From NCBI GenBank assembly GCA_907165135.1, contig OU015566.1:620001-684000 (forward strand): a DNA stretch of 64,000 bases, written 5' to 3'. This DNA comes from Oikopleura dioica (lineage: Eukaryota; Animalia; Chordata). This document shows positions 46,327 to 61,200 of this stretch, piece after piece. A program made the translations under genes and the position numbers. Numbering within the stretch: the stretch's first letter is position 1; the number at the start of each line of letters is the position of its first letter. The notes below the pieces were generated by a model. It made no database searches and had not been told where the DNA came from. It was given only the letters and a program-made list of their open reading frames with translations.

Positions 46327-47542
46327 ATGTCGAAGAAACACGAAGAAAATGAGCCGTTGCGAGATTTGCACGGCAATGTTGAGAATACTAAGGAAAACAT
46401 AACCCATGTCGCGGAAACTGCTGCAGACGTGAGTTAAAAATATTATTTTTTTGGCTATTCGATGTTGTAGTGGATAGTTTAAGGAGGTCGATATCAACAA
46501 TCGCCATTTTCCGTCAGTCTTTTCTTTCAAAGTTAAAATAGTAACACCTTTATTTTACTTTGAAAGCAAAAACTTTAGACCTTTCTCTATTTTTGTGGAA
46601 GCTGAAATTTCGAATTTCAAAAAAAAAATAAATTGACAAAATTGTTCGTCAAAGATTGCCAACTTTCCTAAAATGGTTATTTTCAAGACAATCGGAGGTG
46701 CCAGATTTGCATTGTAGCACCTCGAAAGCTCAAGAAATCTTAATTTTTGGCTTCTATAGGAAAGAGATTATCGCCTAAAATACATTTTGAGCCGAAAAAT
46801 TAAGGGGTCACTATGTGAAAAATTGGAGAAACCACTGAAAATCAATCCGATTCTTGATATATACCCCCTTAACGAGAAAAAGGAGATTAAAAGCGTTTTA
46901 AGGTCGGCCTTTTACGAGGAACCCAAGAAGCAGTCGACGAAGGTTCTGCCGAGGAGCAGCAGGCGCGCCAAGCCGATGCAGTGACCGGCGTTTCAAACTC
47001 GCCTTATATCAGAGATTGGTTCGACCGACTGATCACATGGCTTCCTCAAGAGCAATTCAACAACATCAAGAACAACGTTTCTGCGTTTATCAATGATGGG
47101 GTTTCCGAAGAAAAAACTGGCGAGAAGAAAAAAGAAAGGATCTTTGAAAATGCAAAGACTTTGATTGAGAGGGTCTCGAGCGAATTTGGAAGTGATGGAT
47201 CTTTAACAAAGCTGCAGCAATGTAAATGACACCTTTCTCGATTTTTTGTTCATTTTTTCAGTTTCTTTGATGATTATTCTTCACAAAATGATCGCGAAAG
47301 AGCTCGCCAATCAGATCAGATCGAAGCTGCTTGACATGCGCGACATTGCCCGAATCTACCTCAAATTCTTCAAAGATTTCCTCGTCCAACTTCTGTTCGG
47401 CTTCAATCCCGATGAGTTCCGTCAGATTTGGGACGCTACGATCGTCGCTGTTCAAAACTTCGGCTCAATAAGAATGTGCGTCGCTGTTGTGGTCGTTTCT
47501 TACGCGTGCTTTTATCTGTTCAATAATTATTTCAGAAAATAA
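46327..47542 (+). CDS. Helical tail-anchored protein, paralog 2 (candidate divergent Bcl-2 fold)
   Basis: Same exon structure as paralog 1; RVSSEFGSDGSLTKLQQ|FSLMIILHKMIAKEL...IWDATI...VAVVVVSYACFYLFNNYFRK*. Confidence 0.6.
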
Positions 47543-47701
47543 AGCAATAAATGACATCCGAAAATGCAAATAAAAAACAGGGGCTTCTCATTTTAGTGGT
47601 GCGCTGAGTCTCTTTATTTGCAAATACGTAAATATCATTGAGTTTAATAGCTTTCGCGAGTTCTGAAATCGTGAAGAAGAGGCAGGAATATCACTCCTAC
47701 A

Positions 47702-49508
47702 ATGGGGAAAGACGTTGGAAATTATATATTTCGGAGAAATCTGAGAGATGATGGAGCAGATTGTGCAAAGATGTTCTGGATTATGAGAAAAAGTAAAATG
47801 ATTTTTTTTGTGATGTAATCAATTATTTCTTTTTTTTTTGTAGAAAACAAAGAATACCTTCTAAAATTCATGAAAAATCGCGCTGCTGGCAAAAAAGAGT
47901 TCAAGATAATGGAAAGTCTGAAGCATGAAAATGTTGTTCGAGTGATTTCAAGCCAGCTTTTCAACTTTAAAAATGTTGAGTACTTTGGAATATTCATGGA
48001 ATTCTATCTTCGAGGCGATCTTGAAGAATTTCTCAATCGAAAAAAAAGTGACGAAGGAAACTGGTCTGAAAATGATGCGCTGAAATTTAGCAGCCAGCTT
48101 ATTTATGGCCTTTCTTACCTTCATGAAAATCAAATTGTTCATCGAGACATTAAGCCAAAGAATATCTTTCTCACAGAAAGCGATCAGCTTAAAATTGGAG
48201 ATTTCGATGTTTCAGGAGAGCTTTTGATTTTCGATTTTTGGCTCAAATTTCTGGCTTTTATTTCGAAAGCTAAATCAGAACATATCTCGACAACCCGAAA
48301 AACAACAAAAGTCGGGACGGAACTCTACATGCCTCCTGAGTCGCTGGACAATCATGGAGAAGAAAATCTGAGTCATAAAATCGATATCTGGGCATGCGGA
48401 TGTGTTCTTTATTATATTGCCTACCTAGAGCATCCGTTCCTTGAAAAGTCAAGATTTAAAACTTCCGCGAGAATATATGAAGGTAGGCAATCAACGATTA
48501 ATCAAAATAACCACAAATTAGTTGATGCAAAAGAACCCACAACAATTTTTCCGAAATGCCAGTCATTGATCGAGATTTGCTTGAAAAAAGAACCAGGGGA
48601 AAGAGTCGAGAACGCGATGATATTGTCTGAGCATCGCGATATCCGGAATCTGATTTGTCAACTTGAAGCAAAAATCGAACCTAATAATCTTTCTTTTTCA
48701 AACAGCTACGAAGATTGCGTTCGACTTGCGAATAAGAAATTGAAGAGAGACAAAGAGTTGCTGGAAGAGATTCTTAATCATCATGAAGATTTAAGAAATT
48801 TAGAAATCGAATATTCTGTCAAAAAAGTTTTTGATTTTATCGGAAAGAAGACGAAAAAAACTGTTGAAGACTTTAACAAAGCATATCCGAGAAATTTTCT
48901 TATAAAATCAAGACTTCAAGGAATAGGTTATTATTATTCGTTAAATTTTGGTGACGTTATTTTTGATCAAGGTTATTATTTTGGGGCCGACGATAGAAAT
49001 GTTCGATTCAGCAATGAATATAAAGAAAAATTCAAACTTTCGTTTATTTTCGATGCCGTTGACCGTGGAATCCGACACATAAATCTAAAAGTTTGTTTTT
49101 TTTTATAAACTTCTTGCCTTAAATTTTTCAGTTCTGTTTCGACAAAAGCATTGATATTCGACATGGCGATTGGGAAATTAAGTCGCCAAAACTTATCGAG
49201 TTTGACCCTCCTGTTGATGGAAAAGATTGGTCTGATTGGAAATTATCGATAAAAAATAACAGTAAGTCGAGCAAAAAAACCGAAACTTGTAGAAAAGATT
49301 GAAACGAAGAAGAAAACTCTGTGTTTTTTTAGGAAAGCAATTAAAATTCGAAGCGTTCGCCGAGAACATTTGTTATGACACTGGCGTTGTTTCTTCTCGA
49401 GTGGAGAATATTCAAAGCAAGACTGTCGATGGAGCAGAAGTTGTTGAAACTCCAGCTATCGGATATCTTGGATATCTCAGATGGAACATAGCGTTATTGA
49501 TGTCATGA
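47702..49508 (+). CDS. Ser/Thr protein kinase (NEK-like core) with unknown C-terminal extension; ends approximate
   Basis: LLK, KEFKIM, HENVV, MEFY..GDL, HRDIKPKN, KIGDFD, GTELYMPPE, DIWACG. Confidence 0.85.
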
Positions 49509-50814
49509 ATCACGATTCGTTTCATTGGTCTTTAAATAAAAACCAACCATCTCACATTTTTCAATTTCTCAAATTTCCTTTAACAATTCAGCTCTTTTAG
49601 ACAAGCTATTCTTTATTATTATATCTTGTCCCGAGAAGGCGTTGTCCTTCCCAAAAACAACCAAACAATCACTTAGTTACTCAAAGGTACTTAAACCGAA
49701 CCACTGCTCCCCTTTTATTTGATCCAATCGCAAATTTAATCCCCCTCTTGATCTCCATTGAGATCTCGCGAAGTGAAAAATGTTCCGCTTGAGGTACTCT
49801 TGTCGATAAATAGTGCTTGAGAACTTTGCTTGAAATTGGGACAATTCAAATTCTTTTTTGAACGCAGAAAACTTATTTTGGAGTGAAAAAGGAAAAGAGA
49901 TGTTCAGGCTGAGAAGAATGAAACTTTTGGAACTTGATGATAGATTTTGGATTTATAGGCTGAGGCAATACAAGGTAAGATTATTTAAAAATAGCGACAA
50001 AAATAATATTTCAAAAAATAACCTTTTTAAGATTAAGCTTAACAATTATTTTTGTGAAAAACAGGTAAATAAGCGGTGACGTCATAAATCTTAGAAATTA
50101 AAAAATTTTGAAAATTATGAAATTCTTTTTTTTTGATAAAAAAAACTTTTTTTTTTCTTCATTATAATTGCCAAAATTATGATTCATAATTAAAAAAATC
50201 CTTTTCATTTTAAAGTTAACGCAAAAAAAAATTCACCCGAAATTAGCTTTGGTGCCATTTTTAGGTGACCCAAGGTGAGTTCGTTCCTAGAACGAACTTC
50301 TTTCCTCCACTTCAAAATCCGAAAATCAGCTGACTTGTTAATCCCCTCTCTAACATAAATAACTTCAGGCGAACGACGAAAGAGTAGCCAGAACCATGAT
50401 TTGGGAAAGGATTCTAAAATCTGAAACAGTTTTTTGTGAAATTTTTGAGAAGCGAGAAATTCTGCCCATTTTGGGAGACATGGAAGAGAACAGAGGAAAA
50501 ATCCTTGAACAGATTCTTTACGTCACCATTTTGCTCGTCCTTTGCTGCCAGAATAATTCCCTTGCTTCTTCTATCCGGTAAAATTTCATCCTTTATTTCA
50601 TTTTCAATCGAAAATTAAGGGCTTATTGCCTCCTTGCGCTGCTCAAGCTTTCTGAAATCACGGCGGACGCGATTTTCAACTCCCTCGACATTCTAGCGCC
50701 CTGTTTTCTCATCGGCTGGTATTTCTTTGAAGCCGTCCGTGGAATGCGACTGAATCTTCAATCTGTAGTAAGTCACATTTTCTTCATAAACCCCCCTTTG
50801 ATTTTCCCCTAAAA

Positions 50815-50944
50815 ATCCCAACAAATTTTGCGTCGAAATTTTCATCCAATCAGAAGCCTCGATTCGGCCAGCCAGCCAATCAGCTGCCGAGTAGCCGCCA
50901 ACGCAAAATTTGTAGTTTTTTTGGCGATTCCTGACACCACCCCT
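50815..50944. mobile_element. MITE family A, copy 6
   Basis: caaattttgcgtcg...ccaatcagaagcc...ccaatcagc...cctgacacc. Confidence 0.7.
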
Positions 50945-51922
50945 TAATTTTCCTTTCTTTCACCTCTTTTCTAGCAAGCAAAACTCTCCTCAAATCCAGG
51001 AAACGAAGACTTCCCAAGATCGATTGGCGTTTCTTGCGCCAAAGAAGAGCGCGAAACTCAGCATCGTTACGCAAGATTGATTTGAAAAACATCAACTTTT
51101 TAAACAAAAATTTTGTTCGCCTGTTCATCCTCAAAAACTGCCGCATTTTCCTTGTAAATACAATCGCCTCAAAATCGACAAAAAAAAAACTGACTGACAG
51201 ACAAAATTAAATTTTCATCCCCTCCATTTCGTGTCGTTCAGAAAATAATGACCCGCTAGGCCAGATGGTCTGTGGGTGAAATAATTTATGAAATGGTCAA
51301 AAATTGATCCTCGATTTTCCCAAAATCTTCCGCGAAAAAACGGCATTGAAGCATTTTTCGTATGAATAGGGCGACAGTTTCTCCTCGCCGCAATTCACAG
51401 CTTGGAACTCAAGACCCTCGAATGGTGTTTTCTTTTATGTATTCTTCTTTATTTTCAAAAGAAAAAAGAAGCGCGGTATTATTCAAGCGTCGCTTGGAGA
51501 CGGAAGTTGGGCAACTTGCGTTTTTAAGCAATTTTATTCATGATAAATGAACTTTACTGCTTAATTTTCCAAACTAAAAATAATCCTCATCGAAAATTTT
51601 TCACGTTTGTTATCAAAAAACACCTGATCCTCAAGGCACTTTCCCGCCATGATTAACCTTCTGTAAATCAATCAGGAATCTGCACACTCATCAGAACCTC
51701 GCTCGTCCTGTGTTAATTTTATTACCCAACGCCGCGCGGGAAAATTCCCTTGGGTAACGGTCGCGCGCGCTTGCTGACTTTTGTACCCAAAGATCGAGGA
51801 TGGTAAAATGCCGCGCAACCTTCTTTTTTGGTCACGTGCTAACGCAAATGGAAAAATTTGAACTTGATGAACCTGTGACTGTATTACAGTAAATATCCCT
51901 CCGAAAAATAAGGTCGAGTTCA

Positions 51923-52069
51923 GGGGAGGCGTCTGGAACCGACAAAAAATATCGACAAATTTTGCGTGGAAATTTTCAACCAATAAGAAGCCTGAACTCG
52001 GCTTTCTAGCCAATCAGAAGCCGAGTAGCCGCCAACGCAAAATTTTTCGAATTTTTTGTCGGTTCTTGA
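51923..52069. mobile_element. MITE family A, copy 7 (~400 bp upstream of beta-tubulin)
   Basis: ggggaggcgtctggaaccgacaaaaa...gtcggttcttga. Confidence 0.8.
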
Positions 52070-52459
52070 GTCTTGAATCCAGATAGCCCTCCTGATTCAC
52101 AGGGGTTGGTTTTGAATCCCTTGAAAATTTATCCTTTTCCGAAAACAAGGAAATGACATTTAGATAAACCATCTAATGAAGCCTAATTCGCGCAACCTTC
52201 ATCTTTGCCCTTGACCCTTGAGACGGCCCTCGCTCACGTCTTTCCATTAAAAAAACGAGCGTTTTCATCTTGGGGCGATTTTCGTTTTTGTTTCCTCAAG
52301 ATGCGCCCGTCTTGGGCGCCCTCAGCGCCACCGAATCTCCCCTCTCCATCTCGAAGCTGCAATCTCAGAGCTCATACCGGCCCACGAGCGAACGCAGGAG
52401 ACTCTCTCTCTTCCTTGTTTTTTTACTTTTTTTAAATAAACACTCTTTTTTTTGTAAAA

Positions 52460-54434
<1,975 letters not shown>

Positions 54435-54769
54435 ATTTCTTCCCCTGTTTTTCTTAGTTCCGTACAAGTAGGACCAATACGCACCAAAAAGATTTTTATT
54501 TGTTTAAATTTTAATACTTATCATTCCCGGGACATCTTTATTTTGTGAACTAACTGTTTGAAATCATTCAATTACGGTTTTTCAGCAAATAAAGACATTC
54601 ATTCCTCAACCAAAAAAATTATTCTATTGTCTTTTATTGTCGTATTTTCAGTCAGTTTTCTATCAATTGAAACGTCATACAAAAATAATTGAGCTAAAAA
54701 GACAACGACTAAAAAAGTGGAAAGAAAGACGGTAGAAGAATCAGCCCTCAGAAGAATAGTCTTCGTCAT

Positions 54770-56238
54770 CTGCATGTCTAAAGTCGAAGTCTTTATCAGT
54801 TTTAAAATAAAACTTTTAAAAAGGCCGTACCGACTAGAAGGTGGGTTCTGGTCGGACATGGAGTAGGAATCATTTTGCTCTCCGTCTTCTGTTGATCGCT
54901 TTTTAGGCTCTGATGATGGGTTGAAAAGGATTCTTGGTTAGTTAAAAATCAAGATTGTTTCAAACCCGCTCCCGAATTTGCCGCGTTTTGTGATTTTCAT
55001 GATGATGAAGGCAAAAATGAGAACAACGAGGATGACCCCAAGGATGATGAGGAAAATGTGCCACCAAAACCACCAAGGACAGTTGTTTGGCCAAAATTCT
55101 TCAGGATGAAGATTTTCTAAAGACATTTCTTGAGCTTTGAAAGAAAGAAAATGGCTAACCTGTGTAAGCCATGCTTTCTAATTTTCTTTTCATAAGTTCC
55201 ATATTGTTATCATGGTCGCCAGGTCGGATACAGTTATTCAAATCGTTTTGTACCGTAATGATGTTTGGTTCGGGAAAGAAATTTTGGCAGAAATCGCGGC
55301 CACTTTTTATGACAGTTTCGAAGGTTTTGCATTTTTCTGAGCCAGTTACGCAATTCCAGTCTTGAAGTGGAAAAATATCAGGGTCTGACCCTCCCGTTGA
55401 GTAAAATGGATCGACATCGAGGCAGACGTGCTCGTATTTGCAGTGATCGTAGAACTCCTGGCACCAGTCGGAGCAAATTGGGACATTGACAAGTTCGTAG
55501 CCTGTTGGAGCTGGATCTCGATTGAGGATGACTGAATTGACTGGAAAAGAACTTTGCCAGGGGAAGAGATTCGGGGAGCAGCGGATTTCGGAAACGAAGG
55601 ATTGCATCATTTCTAGAAAAAATAATGAATAGCTTTTTTTGAAAATAAAATTTTACCCGAGCAAGTGTCAGAAACAGCATTGCATTCTTCATTCTTCCAA
55701 GGGTTGGCGTTGCATTGACCAAAACTCCACATTCCAATTTTATTGATCGGACGAGTGTAGACTTCTCGATTCGTCTCTACATCGCAGCAAGAATGATCTC
55801 GATGCGCGGTGCATTCGAATCTACCCATGTTATCATGTTGCTGAGGGAGATTCACTGGTCGGATTGTTGAATTGAGGTTTTGAGGGTCTTAAAAAGGAGT
55901 TATTTTAAAAAAGTAAGAAAATTCAAAATCAAGATGACCCTGTCCCCTTATTTCAGGAGAACAGGGATCCCCTTATGTCCTAAAAATATGGTTATTCTTT
56001 GGTTGGTGTCAGGAACCGACAAATTTTGCGTTGGCGGCTACTCTGCTGTTGATTGGCCGGTGTCCCGAATTCAGGCTTCTGTTTGGTTGAAAATTTCCAC
56101 GCAAAATTTTTCGAATTTTTGTCGGTTTCTGACATCTCCCCGTTATTGAATCTCTTTACCTCTTATTGCAGAACATCTATCATTATCTGTTATCTGATAG
56201 GCATCCCTAACGGCCAGAAAAAGTATCAAACTCTTCAT
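54770..56238 (-). CDS. Folate-receptor/riboflavin-binding-protein family, with transmembrane helix and cytosolic tail (3' end approximate)
   Basis: MKSLILFLA signal; HSCC, EIRCSPNL.PW, NVPICSDWCQEFYDHC, DFC; then WWHIFLIILGVILVVLIFAFIIMK. Confidence 0.8.
56004..56141. mobile_element. MITE family A, copy 8 (in intron 1 of the folate-receptor-like gene)
   Basis: ggtgtcaggaaccgac...gtcggtttctgacatc. Confidence 0.75.
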
Positions 56239-56741
56239 ATTTTCATAAAATTGAGATCTGACGTCAAATTTTTTCAAGCATTCGATTTTATAGGCAGCGA
56301 TTTAGTTCAACAATTGTGTTGCATGTTGAATCAGCATTTTGCATGAACGCGCAGCCATAATGGGATGATTTTTGCTGGCATTGAATCAAAGGGACCTTTT
56401 TTGGGGCGGCTATTCAGAAGATTCCTCGCTTTTCAATGGACAGCTGGAGAAAAGCTTGAAGATTTTCTTTGATGATTTACATTTGAACATCAAATTTAAG
56501 AAGGCATGTATGACTCTTTATAAATGACTGTAACTCATTGCTTAATTGATTCATTTGATTGAACTTCGCGAAGAACTAAAACCGAGGGAGCTAAATATTC
56601 AATGAGGCAAAATATGATTTGTAGAAGATGCATATTTCGGATGTTATCGGCGACTAATCGATTAGCTCCAGGAGAACGTCCTTTCAATCACCCGTTTTTT
56701 TATCCGCAAAACTCAAGCCGAATAAAGAGATAAATCAGATT

Positions 56742-57675
56742 ATGCTTATTCTACTACTTACGAGTTTATTACTGTCAGAAGCACTAGAATGCTACAAAGA
56801 TACATGCGTGAGCCTAGGTACGTTATTTGCCAAAAAAACGGGGCCAACATTTGATTTCGTAGCTACAGAATGCAGAATAACAGTAAATACATCAAGAGAA
56901 ATTTGCTCGGACGCAGAAGAATGCTGTATGATTGAGTATCAAGAATCAAGTCGTAAGTTTAAGGACCCCCTCATCGCGAAAATAGGGCTTTTTAGTGAAA
57001 TTTTTTCTCAAAAACTATCTAAGATAGACCCTTCATTTCAATTGCTTCCCCTAGATAAAAGTTTTATCATAAAACCCCCTCATGCTCTCCTGATCATAAA
57101 CTTAAGGATATACAGGCTCTTAAAAGTAAAGTTGCTAGGTACAGCCTGTACCGTACAGGTTTTTGGGTTTTTTTGGTATACCATTTTATTTTTTGCAAGA
57201 TCTTCAGTCTTCAAAGTCTGCAAACTCAAGGCTTCCTTCTCACAATCTATCATTGTCAGAATATCTGACCTTTTGACCAAGAACTTGTACGCTCGCTTCC
57301 CTGTCAGATCTCATTAAATTTTACGGGAGACAAAATTTGATATGGATTGTATGAAGCCAACATGGCCAATTTTGAATACAAAATCGAATAAAACAATAAT
57401 TTTCGTATAGTTGGGCGAAAAAAACGACCAGTAATCATCACAAGCTATGGATGCCGAAAACCTGTGGCAGCTGAAACAAAATGCTCTCAAATGGGCGAAG
57501 CAGACCAATACAGTAGGTTGCAAAGAAAAATCATTGAGTGATGATTTGTTAAGTCAGATCGTGTTTATTTTCATGCAAAACTTCGCTGTGCAATACTGAT
57601 GAGATGATTTCTTCGGCGAGGACAACTTCTTTATTCACGCTAATTTTTCAAATGCTTTTTTTTCTGTTACTGTAA
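56742..57675 (+). CDS. Ly6/uPAR three-finger-like protein, probably GPI-anchored
   Basis: Signal MLILLLTSLLLSEA followed by LECY..C; last exon SCLFSCKTSLCN, then a hydrophobic tail FTLIFQMLFFLLL*. Confidence 0.65.
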
Positions 57676-58278
57676 ATGTTATGTACACAGCCATATTTTT
57701 GAAATAAATCATCATCTCATAAATGCTTAATTGATCAATGTTCCGTTTTGTTGTGACCCTTTTTGAACAGACTTTATTGTTTGTAAAATGCGGCTTGGTG
57801 GGATGGAACGTATATTTTTGGCACGGATCCAAAGCGCTAAAAAATGCAGTAATCAGGTCAGGAAAGGGTTCAAAATTGAACATTAGCTTCCATAGTGACT
57901 CCAATAAATCTGTTCACGAGAATTCTCAAATTCATCAAAATTTGAATTATCGTCTTGATACCCTTATTTTTTTTATTATTTGGGAGCTTTTTTGACACAA
58001 AAAAAAATATTTTGAAAAAATAAAAGCGAAGGCATTTGTCGCTGAGATAATTGCAGTTGATCTTGCTCGTACTCGTAGTTTATTTCCAAAAACAAACTTT
58101 TCCCTCATCCCTTTTTTCCTGAACCCTCTGACTTAGCCGCCTTGGCCGCTGGGCACTTTACTCAGGATGCCGCAGCGTCAAGCGGCGGTATCTCTTACGA
58201 TAAAAAATTTCTACGCATAGAAAGTTCAGAAATAGCAAAATGAGAAATTCGCGATAGAGAAAAAAATCTGAAAAGAGA

Positions 58279-61200
58279 ATGTCTTCCAACGCGACTAGTT
58301 TGTCAAATCTGCGGCGGCTGGGGTACAGAAGCGTTCAGAGACAACCGCTGGATAGATTCAAGAGCTCAAGTCAGGATTTACTCAATGAAAACAACATCAA
58401 ATCGAGGTTGGAAGAAGAGTTGAATTGGTTCGAAGGATCTAGGCCGGCAAAATCAATTGAAAATCTGCTCTCGCCTTCGGAAAATGAGCGATCTCGTCCG
58501 ACGAAATCTCGTATTCCAGCGCATGGAAACGTTGATGAGAAGAAGAAAAAACTCATGTCGCAGGGGCTTTTCAGGGATTCAACGCAGCTGCATCAGAATT
58601 CGGGGATTTCAGGGCAATCCAGGCTGCCAAAACCTTCCAGTATTTTATCTCAGGAAGAGGATAATGATTTTTTTTCAAGAAGAATGATAGATATTATTGT
58701 TTCTTTTTCAAAAATCACGTTCATAAGAAAGTCACGTAGACACTGTAAAACGTGACATTTTTTTTTGAAAACGTGACTGTTTACGTGACGTGGAAAATTG
58801 TTTTTCATTTTTCAAGAATCATCCTTTCAAAGCTCAAGAATCCGTCCCAGCCTCGTTCTTTTACGCCAACAACATCCCGAATCCAACCTCCTTCTATCTT
58901 CACCCCGCTCAAATCCGCCCTGACTCGTCAACCAGCAACGTACGAATCTTCATCAGAATCGGAAGCGGAAATGAATTTCCCCCCTCCTCCCCCAGAAATG
59001 GCATCAATTTCCGATCACGAATTTCCGTCTTACTCATCTCGGCGAGCTTCAAATCATTCCAGAGTTCCGCTTAAATCTGAAGATACGGAGGGATCCGAAT
59101 TCAGCTACAGATCCGCCTCCATCACGGAAAATGCTAGGGTAGAGCAAATGGAGGAAAAGATCAATGCGTTGAATCGAAAGGTCGAGCAGTTGACCCATTC
59201 CTCTGATGAAAGAGCAAGTTCGGTTGATGATCGAATTTCAATGAGAAACAGGCTGAGCGATTCAGAAAGATCCAAAAATGAACTTAGCAGAAAATATCTC
59301 AAAGGCCGGATATTTAACAGATAAATAACAAAGAAAAATTCAAAGTCACGTCCGCATAATGGATACGTGACCAAATACGAGTTTTTTCGTCACGTAAACA
59401 GATTGCAAACGTGACTTCAAAGGGACATAAATTGACTACCTTACAATGAAATATCCGCTTTGGAGCGCTTGAGACAAATTCAAAGCTAGAAAAACAGGTC
59501 GAAATACTTCAAAAAGAACTCGTCCAAAAGAAAAACCAGATCATTAATATCAAGCAAGTTTCTGCAGCTGTATTTGCCCAGTTCAATTCGCTGCGCTCCG
59601 AAATCAGCTCAGCCCGGCGAGCGCAAATTGATATGCGTAGGACCATGCAAAATGAGCTTCAACAAGTTCAGGGATCGATTGTGATGATGATCGAAGAATA
59701 CGAGGTTTCTCAGGAATGGAATATCAAAATACAATAATCCCTTTATCTAACCAAATTCTTGAAAATTCCGAAAAAAGGCTCCAAGGGTGAATGACTACAC
59801 AACTGATACCCTCTCTCGTCTCCAGCAAGATAGAGCAAAAGTGGAACGGAAGAAAGCTGAATACCACAATGATGCAGATACAGTGGATGAAATCATAGCG
59901 ACAGTCGAAGGTGTCGTGGAAAGGATGAGAAACGATGCTGTTGAAAAAAGGTCGATCATCAGTAGAAAAGAGGTCGAATCAGTCGGGCTTCAGGATTGGT
60001 TCGAAAATTGTGGTCACGTAGACGCTTCTCCTACGTGACCTCTTCCCTCTTTCATTTTTCGAACCCATAAAAGCTCATGAACATTGCCGGAAAAATTGGC
60101 GATCTAAAAGACCGCTTTCCAGATCTTGACGCTGTCCTCTCCTCCCTCGGCTCCAAAGAAGCATCATCCCTCGAACTGGAGCAAACGTTTCTTCAAGAAG
60201 AACCCGCAAGAATCGACGCATGCATGGAAAAATGCAAAGCGCTGACTCAAACTCTGACGACTTTGAAAAAACTCGCAGGAGTTCAAGAAGCTCGGACAAA
60301 GAATTATGAAAGCCACAGTTTGCGAAGAAGGGGACCAAATTATGATGACCCACAAGAGTTGCTGAAGGATGTCAATAAAAGCATAAGGGAGTTGAGTCCG
60401 GTTAATCACCAAAGAAGAGCGGATATTTTGGAAAAGATGGAGCCGAGATGGGCGATGCAAAAATATAGAAATCAAAATATAGGAATGGTTTTTCGATTAA
60501 TTTAGCAAATATAACTCTTGTTATCCGAAAACTCTTTGAAAAACCTCCGACAAAGAAAGAACTCGCATCGAAAAGATGCTGCAGGACCGAGCTGAAACTC
60601 TCAACATCACCGACAACCTCGATTTCATCGCTCATCAGCGAGAACAAGCACTTCGGACGCTCTACCTTCTCGAATCTCAGGAAACCCGCGACACTTCTAG
60701 AAAAAATCAAACATCCAACGGCGGTGCCCATCTTCCCCTTGGCGGCGGGACTGTCCCCCGGAATCAGCCTCAGAAGAGGACTTTTCCAGCAGCTCATGCA
60801 AATCTCCATCGAAAACAGCGATCATGGGATGCTCTCGAGCCGTCAACAGTTGATGATTTGCAGATAACAAATGCTATGTCGTACGCAACGCTGCGGCCGA
60901 ACAATTCGGGAATACGATTTGATCCGAATATCGAAAAGATGGCGGCTATTTCAAGCCCTAATTTGGTCAGGGCGACAATGCACATGCGCGGAGAACTGAA
61001 TAATACAAGGAAAGGGAAAGATAAAAAGAAAGGTTTTGGAAGAATTTTGACCATCGATCGATATATTGTCACGTACACACTCAGCGTACGTGACTTGAGA
61101 TTTGCGATCAGGTCACGTACGCATTTTGTGAACATGATCTCTCAAAAGTATAGTGTAATCATCATCCCTAATAGTAGACCTCGTTTGCCTCAGCAATCCT

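Noticed and set aside
50380-51160. Membrane-protein-like ORF fragments
   Set aside because: I could not assemble a consistent spliced frame or recognise a family
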